Assembly: GCA_030390025.1 (NCBI GenBank)
Contig: CM059433.1
Location: forward strand, 32,180,001-32,244,000
Length of the DNA stretch: 64,000 nucleotides
Source of the DNA: Squalus acanthias
Lineage: Eukaryota
Reading direction: 5' to 3'
Shown here piece after piece: positions 12,609-23,688 of the stretch. Position 1 is the first letter of the stretch. Every line of letters starts with the position of its first letter. The position numbers were made by a program, and so were the translations under genes. The notes under the pieces were generated by a model. It ran no database searches and had not been told where the DNA came from. It saw only the letters and a program-made list of their open reading frames with translations.

Positions 12609-13539
12609 TTTGTCTGCTGCCTGCAGCCACTGGTCTTTGCAGATTGTTTCCTTGTGAAAACAGACTTCTTCAGGATAAAGAACCGAGTATATTGCTTTTG
12701 AAGTAATTCTGTCGAGAAGCAAGGGTTACACAGTGGTGTATATGATGCCACGTCCAGTAGAATGAAATGTAAAATACTTAGCCAGCTGAAGATGTAGTTT
12801 GTTTTGTGTGCATAAGCATAGTTAGTGAACAACCTTTCTAAAGTAAGAGTTAGTGGGTCCGCCTTTACTAGCCCTTAGTAATAGTTCAGAAATATCCCAA
12901 TTATCTCTCTTGTGCCTCACTTACAGCAAGATACTCGCTGAATTCAGGATAACGATACCCTTGTGTGAAACTGTTCGAGCAAACTCTGTAGAGGCCTGCA
13001 ACTTCCCTGGATTGGCACTCATACCCATTTATAGTAATTTAGGGTCATTGACAGTCATACTGTTATGCAGCAACATGAAATAATTGGCAGTGATCCTCAT
13101 TGCTAACATTGGCACTTTTCTTCATATTGGATACTGTCTACTGCATATCACTCCAGTTCTCAGCAGGTTGTGGAGACAATGTTGACCTCCCAGGCCTGTT
13201 GATCATTCTGTTTAGTGGTGGATTTCCCTTCGGATCCACACAAGGCATATCAGTGTTCCTTCATGTTCTCAATAATTTGAAGAGCATCATTAGTAAAACA
13301 GGCCTTTCTATACCTTGATTCCCCCCTTTAGCACTCTAATGTGCACACTCCACAGCTAGATTGGCACACTGAGTTTTATTTATAGCACTCCTGTACCTAG
13401 TAAAGAAACTAACAGTTAATTCCATACCAATCAGCAGGACTTTTCCCTTCTAGGTTGTAAGCTGTAATGCATCTTAGCTCTAAGAGATGTCCTACCAGTA
13501 AACCTGTGTGTTCCTGCGAGTGTACTAAAAAATAAAATG

Positions 13540-16270
13540 AACATAAGAATTAGGACCAGGTGTAGGCCAGTTGACCCTCGAGCCTGCACTGCCATTCAAT
13601 AAGATCATGGCTGATTTCTACATCAATTCCACATTCCCGCCCTATCCGCATATCCTTTGGATTCTCGTAAAGTGGATGTTCAGTCTTGAATATACTCAAC
13701 GACTGAACATCCACAGCCCTCTGCAATGCAGAATTCCAAAGATTCACAACCCTCTGACTGAAGATTTTTTTTTAATTGTTCCTTGGATGTGTGCGTCACT
13801 GGCAAAGCCAACAATTATTGCCCATTACCTAAGTGCCCTTGAGAAGGTGGTGGTGAGCTACCTTCTTGAACCGCTGCAGTCCGTGTGGTGAAGGTACTCC
13901 CACAGTGCTGTTAGGTAGGGAATTCCAGGATTTTGACTGAGCAACGATGAAGGAACAGCGATATATTTCCAAATCAGGATGGTGTGTGACTTGGAAGGGA
14001 ACTTGGCGGTGATGGTGTTGCCATGTGCCTGGTGCCCTTGTCCTTCTCGGTGGTAGAGGTCGCGGGTTTGGGAGGTGCTGTTGAAGAAGGCACGGTGAGT
14101 TGGTGCAGTGCATCTTGTAGATGGTAAACACTGCAGCCACGGTGCGCCGATGGTGGAGGAAGTGAATGTTTAAGGTGGTAGATGGGGAGCCAATCAAGTG
14201 GGCTGCTTTGTCCTGGATGGTGTCAAGCTTCTTGAGTGTGTTGGAGCTGCACTCATCCAGGCAAGTGGAGAGTATTCCATCTCACTCCTTACTTGTGCCT
14301 TGTAGATGGTGGCAAGGCTTTGGGGAGTCAGGAGGTGAGTCACTCACCGCAGAATATCCAGCCTCTGACCTGCTCTTATAGCCTCATTATTTATGTGGCA
14401 GGTCCAGTTAAGTTTCTGGTCAATGGTGACCCACAGGATGTTGATGGTGGATGTTTCGGTGATGGTAATGCCGTTGAATGTCAAGACGCTCTCTTGCTGG
14501 AGATAGTCATTGCCTGGCACCTGTGTGGCACAAATGTTACTTGCCACTTATCAGCCCAAGCCTGAATGTCATCCAGGTCCTGCTGCATGCGGGCATGGAC
14601 TGGTTCATTATCTGAGGAGTTGTGAATGGAACTAAATGCTGTGCAATCATCAGCGAACATCCCCACTGCTGATGGAGGGAAGGTCATTGACGAAGCAGCT
14701 GAAGATGGTTGGGCCTAGGACACTGCCCTGAGGAACACCTGCAGCGATGTACTGGGGCTGAGATGATTGGCCTCCAACAACCACAACCATCTTCCTTTGT
14801 GCTAGGTATGACTCCAGCCAGTGCAGAGTTTTTCCCCTGATTCCCATTGACTTCAATTTTACTAGGGCTCCTTGATGCCACACTCAGTCAAATGTTGCCT
14901 TGATGTCAAGGGCATTCACTCTCACCTCACCACAGTCAAGCTTCCTAAGAATTTTATAGATTTCAGTGAGATCACATCTCATTCTTCTAAACTCTAGAGA
15001 ATATAGGCCCATTCTACTCAATCTCTCCTCATAGGACAACCCTCTCATTCCAGGAATCAATCTAGTGAACCTTCTTTGCACCCCCTCTAAGACAAGTGTA
15101 TCCTTCCTTCGGTAAGGAGACCAAAACTGTACACAGCACTCTAGGTGTGGTCTCACCAAAGCCTTACATAATTGCAGCAAGACTTCCTTACTCATACTCC
15201 AACCCTCTTGCAATAAAGGCTAACCTCCTCACAGCTTACTTTCCCACCTAGCTTTGTATTGTCAGGAAACTTGGATACATTACACTCGATCCACTCATCT
15301 AAGTCATTGATATAGATTGTAAATAGCTGAGGCACAAGCACTGGTCCTTGTGGTACCTCACTAGTTACAACCTGCTAACCTGAAAATGATCCGTTTATTC
15401 CTACTCTCTGTTTTTTGTCTATTAACCAATCCTCAATCCAAGCTAATATAATACTCTATTCCCATGAGCCCTAATCTTGATTAATAACCTCTTGTGCGGC
15501 ACTTTATCGAATGCCTTTTGAAAATCCAAACTACATCCACTGATTTCCCCTTATCTACCCTGCTCGTTACACCCTCAAATAACTCTAATAAATTTGTCAA
15601 ATACGATTTCCTTTCCATAAAACTGTGTTGACTCTGCCTAATCATATTATGATTTTCTACGTGCCCTGTTACCGCATCCCTAATAATAGATTTAAGCATT
15701 TTCCCTACTACTAATGTCAGGCTAACTGGCCTATAGTTCCCTGTTTTCTCTCTCCCTCCTTTCTTGAATAGCAGGGTTGCATCGTTACCTTCCAATCCAC
15801 GGGGACCGTTCTAGAATTAGGGAATTCTGGAAAATCAAAACCAATGCCTCCACTATCTCTGTAACCACCTCTTATAAAATCCTAGGATTTAGGCCATCAG
15901 GTCCAGGGGATTTGTCAGCCCTCCCAATCCTCAGGCTTACTACTCTTTTTGGCAACATTGTAAGTCTCTTCTTTTAATCTAATACTGTTCTTAACATCTT
16001 TAGTTAGCCACGGTTCGACTACGTTTCCCATGGAGTTTTTATTCCTCAACGGAATGTATGTTCATTGAGAATTATAAATTATTTCCTTAAATGTTCACGA
16101 TTGCTTATCTACCATCATATCTTTTAATCTAATTTCCCTAACTACTTTAGCCAACTCGCCCCTTAGACCTACATAATTGGCTTTGTTTAAATTGAAGACC
16201 CTAGTTGCAGACTTAACCACATCACTCTCAAACTCAACAAGAAATTCTATCATATTATGATCACTTCTCT
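13540..16270 (-). mobile_element. Fragmented CR1 LINE with a second LINE family nested at ~13775-14930
   Basis: CR1 motifs SDHNMIEF, NYRPVSLT, PHLECCVQFWSP and a CR1 tail. The nested LINE has VPQGSVLGP, MFADD and ...QRFKKVAHHHLLKG. Confidence 0.85.
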
Positions 16271-16439
16271 TATTGTTGCTTGTAAGACCTTGCTGTGTAC
16301 AAATTGGCTGCCACAAAACAACAATGGCCACACATCAAAATAATGAATTGGTTGAAAGCACTTTGGGATGCCCTAAAGAAATGAAAGGTGCTGTATAAAA
16401 TTAAATTGACTGGTGGTAAAACTCACTTGCCTAGAAATT

Positions 16440-16735
16440 CTTTAAGTAGTGCAGGCTAGCTTTATTTGGAGCTAGCCTCGCATGAACTTGGCCCCCCTGC
16501 TGAACACTCAGCCACTCAGCAGTGCGTTCAGCGCTTCGCTGAACACTACAATCATGCAGAGTAGCTCCGAACGGAGGACTGCAGGCAGCACGTAAAATTC
16601 ATCCTGCCTGCTACTTTGCATGATTGTAGTGTTCAGCCGAGCGCTGAACACACTAACAAGTGGCTGGACGCTCAGCAGGGAGCCCAAGTTCCTGCGAGGC
16701 TAGCTCCAAATAAAGCTAGCCTGCACAACTTAAAG
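16440..16735. repeat. Long inverted repeat (foldback), ~126 bp arms with a 44 bp loop
   Basis: 16440-16565 is the reverse complement of 16610-16735, including a perfect 34-bp core gtgcaggctagctttatttggagctagcctcgca. Confidence 0.92.
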
Positions 16736-16826
16736 GCAGTCTACACCTCTTAAAGGGGAGGTGCCTTCTGCCTACAACAGGTGGTGGAAGTGATTGTGAA
16801 GGCTGCTATCAGAAAAAGAGTGAGTA

Positions 16827-17068
16827 ATGGCTCAACAGGCCAGAGAAGGGGCTCCAAGATTCTCCGATGCAACACTGGAGGCATTGATCCAAGAGGACAA
16901 CTCCAGGAGAGAGGTCCTCTTCCCACAGAGGGCCAGGAGGCCCTCCAGAAAACAGATGAAGAGTGCAATGGGAGCAGATAGCCAATGTGGTCAATGCCAG
17001 CAGTATAGCCGTGAGAACCGGGACTCAGTGCAGGAAGAGTTTTAATTACCTCACACACGTGGTCAAGG
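16827..17068 (+). pseudogene. Harbinger Myb/SANT-like DNA-binding protein, exon 1 (frameshifted)
   Basis: MAQQAREGAPRFSDATLEALIQEDNSRREVLFP, then WEQIANVVNASSIAVRTGTQCRKSFNYL in another frame. Confidence 0.85.
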
Positions 17069-17411
17069 TCAATGAATTCATCTTCAAATGCCACATCCCA
17101 CCATTTGCACCACTAGCCTCACACACTGCTCAATGTACCATGCCCCCATCAATCACCTACCAACAATCTCTACCAATATCACTGGGGCATGTGTCCCAAT
17201 TCGTCATGGTGTGCTGTATCCTCCACAATCTCGCCATCATGAGAGCACAGCCCTTGCCACCAGGGTACGGCCACCAGCTTAGCAGCAGAGGCAGGATGAA
17301 GACGAGGAGGTGGAGGAGGAGGAAGAAGAGGAGGAGGAGGAAAAGTAGGAAAAGGAGGAAGTGGAAGTGGAAGGAAGGATATCCTGGTCAGAAAGGGGCT
17401 GTCTGGGTTGC

Positions 17412-18390
17412 CTCCTGATGGCCAGATTGTGGAGGATACAGCACACCGCGACGAATCGGGAAACACGCTCCAGTGAGTACTGTAGGGCTCCTCTATTGTG
17501 GTCCAGGCAACAGAAGCATTGTTTAAGGATGCCAGTGGTCTGATCTATGATGTTTCGTGCGGCAGCATGGCTCTCGTTGTACGCATGCTGGCCATGTGTG
17601 GTTGGGTTGCAGAGCGGAGTCATGAGCCAGATGGTCAGCGCTTGTCACCCAGTAGCCACCCTCTGGTTTGACTTGGTGGCTCAAAGACTGTGGGAACAGC
17701 GGACTGGCTTAAAATAAAACCATCATGACTGCTGCCAGGATACTGGGCATTCGCCATCATGATGTGCTGCGCATGGTCGGACATCAACTGTATGTTCAGC
17801 GAGTGGTAACCTTTGCGGTTGCGGTACAACTTAGCATTTATATACGGTGTCCACAAAGCCACGTGCGTGCAGTCCATGGGGAAGTCTGCTATCCTGGAAA
17901 AGATACGTGCACATTCCGTCTGCTTCTCTTCGGTCATAGAGAAGGCACTGAAATCCCCTCTCCTGGTATAAAGAGTTTCTGTCACCTCTCTTATGCAGCA
18001 GTGGACAGGCGAACTGGGAGATGTTACAGATGTTGCCTGTTCCAGCCTGGAAGGATCCTGATGCAAGGAAATTCAGGGCCACGGTCACCTTCACAGCCAC
18101 TGGCAGTGCTGGAGTGTCCTGGAGTGAGGCTGCAGGTCTGGCCGCAAGAGGTGGCAGAGTTCTGTGAGCACCTCCTTCGTAAATCACAGATGCCTCACAC
18201 ACTGCTCCTGGCTCAGTTGAGGTACGAGAAGTGCACTCAGAAGACCCTAGGTGGGTAAGGCCTCCTGCTAAGAGCCCTTCTCCCCCTCCTCCTCCTCCAT
18301 CTGCGAGCAGCTTGTCCTCTTCTTGCTGCCTCTGCTCCATCTCCCTGTCATGACTGCTGCCAGGGGGATGACAACTTGAGCACCCACAAC
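17412..18390 (-). pseudogene. Harbinger (HARBI1-like) DDE transposase, frameshifted
   Basis: ALPVAVKVTVALNFLASGSFQ, DCTHVAL, NRKGYHSLNIQL, PGSSHDGFIL, WLLGDK and CCILHNLA occur over three frames. Confidence 0.92.
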
Positions 18391-19699
18391 TGGGAGCAAG
18401 TAGTCTGAACAGAACCCTTGAATCAGAAGCAAGGTCTTCTCCACTTGTCGCACCACTCCCTGTCACCTCACCAACTTTAAACAACTCTAGAAAGCTCCAA
18501 ACAGTTCCACAGACTTACACAGAGCCAGTGGAAATCAAAAAGAAAGTTACCTGAAAGTTGTTGATGATCCCTTTAAATATCGTTGGTGGGGGTTCCTTCC
18601 TGCTGCTGAATGCATGTTCAGTTGTGCGAAGTTAGGAGAGGGCACTCGCTCCAGTGATGATGACAAAAATGGCACCACTGGTATCAAATCAGCGTTGCAC
18701 TCTGATTGACGTCACAATCTGCCTACTTACCATACTTCCAGCGCATGCTCCTAATGGCCGCCCTTCCATCCTCACCAAGATGGCGTCTGGCGCATCCACA
18801 CCAGAAGTATGCATGCACTGCTCGAAAGGCATTTTAGTCCCAATTCGGCACCAGCAGCACCAAAACAAGTAGCGTTACGGAACCGAATTTCCAGGCCACT
18901 ATCTCATATTTGGATTAGGGCAGTGCCAACTGAAACTTTGAAACTGAGGGGATTCCGTAAAGAAAATAAACTACTAGATCCTCCGCGTTAATTCTGTATT
19001 GATCCACCAGCAAATTGTCATTACCTAAAGCACTTATTGCAAAGTAAAGGAAAGTTTACCCAAACTACTAGTGCATATGAAGAAATGTACTGCACTATTG
19101 GTAAAAGACTACCTCTCTGACCCTTGTTTTAATAACATTGAGTGATCCCAACCCCTCCCCAAGCGAGGAGCTACAATCGAAAGGAGCATGGGTCAGAGAC
19201 TTGAACCTACAGCAATGTAAACTTATCTCCTATTGCGTTCCTTTTGAGAACAGTTAAAATGTTGATATTTCATCCTTTTTGTTGTGTATTTTGCTTCATC
19301 AGTTTAGAAAGAAATCAAGTAACTCAATGTCCAACATTGAGCCTTGTTACACACAAAATGATAGTTATGGGGCCAGTTATAATATGGGGCCTGTTATAAT
19401 ACAGGTTTTGATCACAGGCCTGTAAAAGATAGCAGTATAACTAGCTGATAATATCAAAGCCTTATAATTCCTTGGGAGTTCTACCATAACTTGGACAGAG
19501 AGGTAGAATCTCCTCAGAATCTGCGGAAAGCTGGTTACGTTGGGCTATCGCAATTTCGGGACGTTCCCTGGTTGCCTTAAAAGGCGTGGGACTTCCATCC
19601 ACCCATTACGAGATGGATGATGGGCCGGGGACAGGGAGACCCTCAGCTGGAGATCTCACTTCTGATCCTCTACTGGGCACCTTGCACATCATAAAAACT

Positions 19700-20035
19700 G
19701 GTATAACAACAGAAAACGCTAGAAAAACTCAGCAGGCCAGGCAGCATCCTGTGAGAGAGAAAGAGAGTTAACGTTTCAGGTCGATGACCTTTCGTCAGAA
19801 CTGGGAAGAGCCGGAAATCAAATAGATTTAAGGCCAGGGTAAAGCTGGGAAAAGGGGGAGGGGATAAAAGAACAAAGGGGGAGATGAAGAGACATTAAGA
19901 GACATTAAGAGATATGCAAGGCTAGAGGTGGTGTTAATGTGACAGATTAAGGCTGAAAGAAGTGTGAAATCCACATAAAAACTGGTAACCTTGCACCTAA
20001 ATGGCTGCCACACACCGAATACTAGACCCTAAATG
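19700..20035 (-). mobile_element. Solo PLE terminal repeat with hammerhead
   Basis: Reverse complement matches the 3' region (10800-11135) of the Penelope copy. Confidence 0.8.
19766..19802 (-). ncRNA. Minimal type I hammerhead ribozyme (PLE-associated)
   Basis: Minus strand reads agtt-CTGACGA-a-aggtc atc gacct-GAAA-cgtt-aact. Confidence 0.85.
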
Positions 20036-20689
20036 GAGAGAGAGGAGGAGGCTGAACATACAGGAGGAGAGAGACAGAGATTGGGGGGTTACAGAGAGAA
20101 GGACAATCAAAACAGACAAACTGAGGGAAAGAGACAGAGCAAGAGATACAGAGAGACACGCGGAAATAAAGGACACACACGCAGGCTAACTGGAATTCTG
20201 AACCTTTACACACAAGATGATCCCAGCTCCAGACATATCTCTAAATACAGTAAAGATCCTGGCGTAGTACTGACATCCAGTAAGATGAAGCGTATTGGCC
20301 TCCAATAGGGCGCACGTGGGCCCCCTACTGGTAAACTTTGAGACTGGCAAGTGACCTGACCTCAGGATCATGGGCCAATCAGAGCAGTCCCAGGGTCGAG
20401 GATGGGCCTGCGCAAACCACCCCCAGCAGCCAAATTTCCACAGGCATGGGCAGGCGATTGCAAGAGATGCACCCAAAGTAGCACTTGCGCCCACTTGCCC
20501 CATCCAATGGCCCTGCTAACTCTGACAGAGTCAGAGCAGGGGTGTACTCAGGCACAATCAGGGCGTAACTGCCAGGATTGTTGCTCATGGAACATCTGGG
20601 ACCCAAATGTTAATGCCTAAGAAGCAATTGCAAGAGCCCTGTGTCTGAATTCAGCAACACTGAAGCTGAAAAGAATGACACAAAGACTT

Positions 20690-21523
20690 GGGGGGAATTT
20701 TGCCAGCCCTGGGGAGGCGGGTATGGAGGCGGGACAGCTGGGAAAATGGCAGAAACTGGGAGCGGGTACCGAACCCGCTCCCAACCCGCCTCCGTGCCAT
20801 CTTCCCGGGAGGTGGGTCCCCGACTCGCGCAGGGACCCGTCTCCTCGAGGTGGGAAGGGGATTAGAGCCAATTAACTGCCTGTTAACAGGCAGTTAAGAG
20901 GCTTATCCCCATTTTACCTACACAAGTGCGGGCTTCCCAACGACTGTGAACCTCGCCAGGGTCAGCGAGGCGAGCAGTGGGTCTGTGGGGGTGAGAGGGG
21001 TCGAAAAGTCCGCTGTGGAGGTGAGTGATGGGTGCAAATGTGGAGAGGTAAGTATGGGAGGTGAGCGTAAAGTGTTAGAAAAAGTTTACTTACCTTTGCT
21101 TCTTCCTGCAGGCTTCAACCCTTGGGGATCCGGAGGCACCTCATCTCAACGGCAGAGATGACAGAATGGCTACTGCATTCTCCGATGCAACAGCCATCTG
21201 ATTACTGCTCAGGAAAGAGGTTTGGTGAGTCTTCAGTACAAGGACTCACCATAGAACAGAGATTGTCAGAGATTGTCAGCTTCTCAAAGCTGTCAAACGC
21301 TGACAATTCATCTGTCAAAAATTTTTGACAGATGAAACGTCATACGCTGACGTCCTCTGTCACCGGCTTTCCCTTAATTGGCCTGCTAAGCCCACATGGC
21401 GGGCTTAACAAGGTCAATCAATGGAAAATAGCGTGGGTTGGTCGGGCGTCGTTGGGGGCGGGACTGAAACCCGACAACCAGCAGTCCCACCCCCAACGTG
21501 TCCCCATTGATAAAATCCAGCCC
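20690..21523 (+). mobile_element. ~830 bp non-autonomous Harbinger-type TIR element, copy A
   Basis: TIRs ggggggaatttt / aaaatccagccc. Colinear with copies at 22351, 23689 and 60776. Confidence 0.88.
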
Positions 21524-21809
21524 TTGGAGAGATTGCACTGATGAAAATTATGGGATGAAGTAAATGAATATTCACTTTATATTCAGAAAGATGGTGCAAC
21601 TCAATCAAACTCAGAATATGTTTGTTGCTGTTCTGTAGATTACAGCTTTAAATATTTCATGTATGCTTATGGTTTTAATACTGTTGTGAGTAAACGGATT
21701 TCAAAACACTTTCTTGTTTATTATCATCTCATACCACTTCTCTTTTTCCCTGCTGTTAGGTGACTTATAGCTAAGGAACGTCAGAGGTGGATATCCTGGC
21801 TTTGATCAT

Positions 21810-22070
21810 TTTTGTATAAAGTACGTTGTATTCATTGCTCACAGTATGGTCTCCTCTACATTGAAGATACCAAACACAGCTTGGGTGACTACTTTAAAAA
21901 CACATCCATTCTTCTCTCGTGTGATCTTGACATCCCCTTGCAGTTAACTATCATAGACCTCCTACAATATTCCAACAAACCTGAAAGCAAGCTTCTGGAA
22001 CAGTATCTTGTCTTCCTGCTAGAGGTTCTGCAGTCCTCTCCTTTGAAAATTGACTTTGGAACTTCAGAAA
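21810..22070 (+). pseudogene. Old Penelope GIY-YIG remnant
   Basis: VRCIHCSQYGLLYIEDTKHSLGDYF...KLLEQYLVF aligns with VYCIRCSRCGLLYTGETKRRLGECF...KLEEQHLIF of the 9-11 kb element. Confidence 0.75.
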
Positions 22071-22350
22071 TTAGTTACCTAATTTATTGATAGGGGTTTT
22101 GATAGAGTATTGAGTATTTCAAAACTTGAAAACCTAATTAGTTAAATAAAATACAATAGGGATGGAAGGGCAGCTGATGTGTTGCAGCTGTAGCATGTGG
22201 GAGCTGGTGGACCCCAGTGGGATCCACAGCAACCACATCTGCAGTAAGTGTCTGCAGCTCGAGGAACTTCGGCTCAGAGTTGATGAGCTGGAGTCCAAGA
22301 TTCTGACACTGCGATACATCAGGGAGGGAGAAATTTACCTGGACACTAGG

Positions 22351-23168
22351 GGGGGCGATTTTGCCAATGGGGGTGCGTTGGAGGCGGGACTGCTGCTTGT
22401 CGGGTTTTAGTCCCGCCAACCCACGCTATTTTCCCTTGATTGACCTTGTTAAGCCCACCCAGCCGGCTTAGCAGGCCAATTAAGGGGAAGTCGGTTACAG
22501 AGAACATCAGCATATGACGTTTCATCTGTCAAAAATTTTTGACAGATGATTTGTCATCATTTGACAGCTCTGTGAAGCTGTCAAACACTGTCATTCTATG
22601 TTATTTGATGAGTCCTTGTATTCAATACTCATCAAACCTCTTTTGTTAGCAGAAATTAGATGGTTGTTGCATCGGCGAATGCAGCAGCCATCTGTCATCT
22701 CTGCCGGTTAGATGCGAGACTCTCCGCATCCCCAACTGTTGAAGCCTGCAGGAAGAAACAAAGGTAAGTAAACATTTTCTATCACTTTACACTCACCTCA
22801 CACACTTACCTCTCCACACTTGCACCCATCACTTACCTTCACAACGCACTTTTGGACCCTTCCGACCCCCGCAGACCCACTGCTCACCTCGGTGACCCTG
22901 GCGGGGTTCCCCCGACGTCGGGAAGCCTGCGCCTCTGTTGGAAAAATGGGGATGATCCTCTTAACTGCCTGTTAACTACCTGTTAACAGGCAGTTAAGTG
23001 GCTGTAATCCCCTTCCCGCCTCCAGGAGACGGGACCCAGCGCGGGTCGTCTACCCGCCTCCTGGGAAGATGGCACGGAGGCGGGTTGGGGGGCGGGATGG
23101 GTACCCGCCCCCAGATTCTGCCATTTTCCCAGTCAACCCGCCTCCCCAGGGCTGGCAAGATTGCGCCC
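22351..23168 (-). mobile_element. ~830 bp non-autonomous TIR element, copy B (inverted, inside CR1 ORF1)
   Basis: Reverse complement of copy A. TIRs gggggcgatttt / aagattgcgccc. Confidence 0.88.
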
Positions 23169-23688
23169 ATTGTTCCAGGAGGCAGTCACACCCCTTAGGT
23201 TAAATACTTCAAATTTGGTCTGTGGTCAGCGACAGGAGGGTGTGACTACAAGTGAGGCAGGTATGGGGATCCAGAAGGTAGCATTGAAGGAGCCTTAGCC
23301 CTTGCACTTGTCCAACAGGTACGAGGTTCTTGCAGCCTGTGTGGACGAGAGCAGGGACTGCAGGGAGGATGAGCAAACTGACCACAGCAGCGTGGTATAG
23401 GGGGCCACATAAAAGGTTACTGCACAAGATAAGAGCTCATGGTGTTGGGGGTAATATATTAGCATGGATACAGGATTGGCTAACCAACAGAAAACAGTGA
23501 GTCGGGATAAATGGGTCATTTTCAGGTTGGCAAACTGTAACTAGTGGGGTGCCACAGGGATCAGTGCTGGGGCCTCAACTATTTACAATCTATATTAATG
23601 ATTTGGATGAAGAGACCGAGTGTCCTGTAGCCAAATTTGCTGACGATACAAAGATAGGTGGGAAAGCAAGTTGTGAGGAGGACACAAA

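Larger units (their letters stand above)
16610..18897. mobile_element. Degraded PIF/Harbinger transposon (Myb/SANT gene on +, transposase on -)
   Basis: Convergent gene pair. Right TIR gaatttccaggcc ends at 18897. The left TIR is missing and replaced by the foldback. Confidence 0.85.

Noticed and set aside
21122..21328. ORF downstream of the candidate intron in the 830-bp element
   Set aside because: In-frame stop in copy D and no third-position bias between copies.
21332..21541. ATG-started ORF shared by copies A, C and D (MKRHTLT...FPLIGLLSP...)
   Set aside because: It runs out through the TIR without its own stop and is frameshifted in copy B. A-versus-D differences are mostly non-synonymous by eye.
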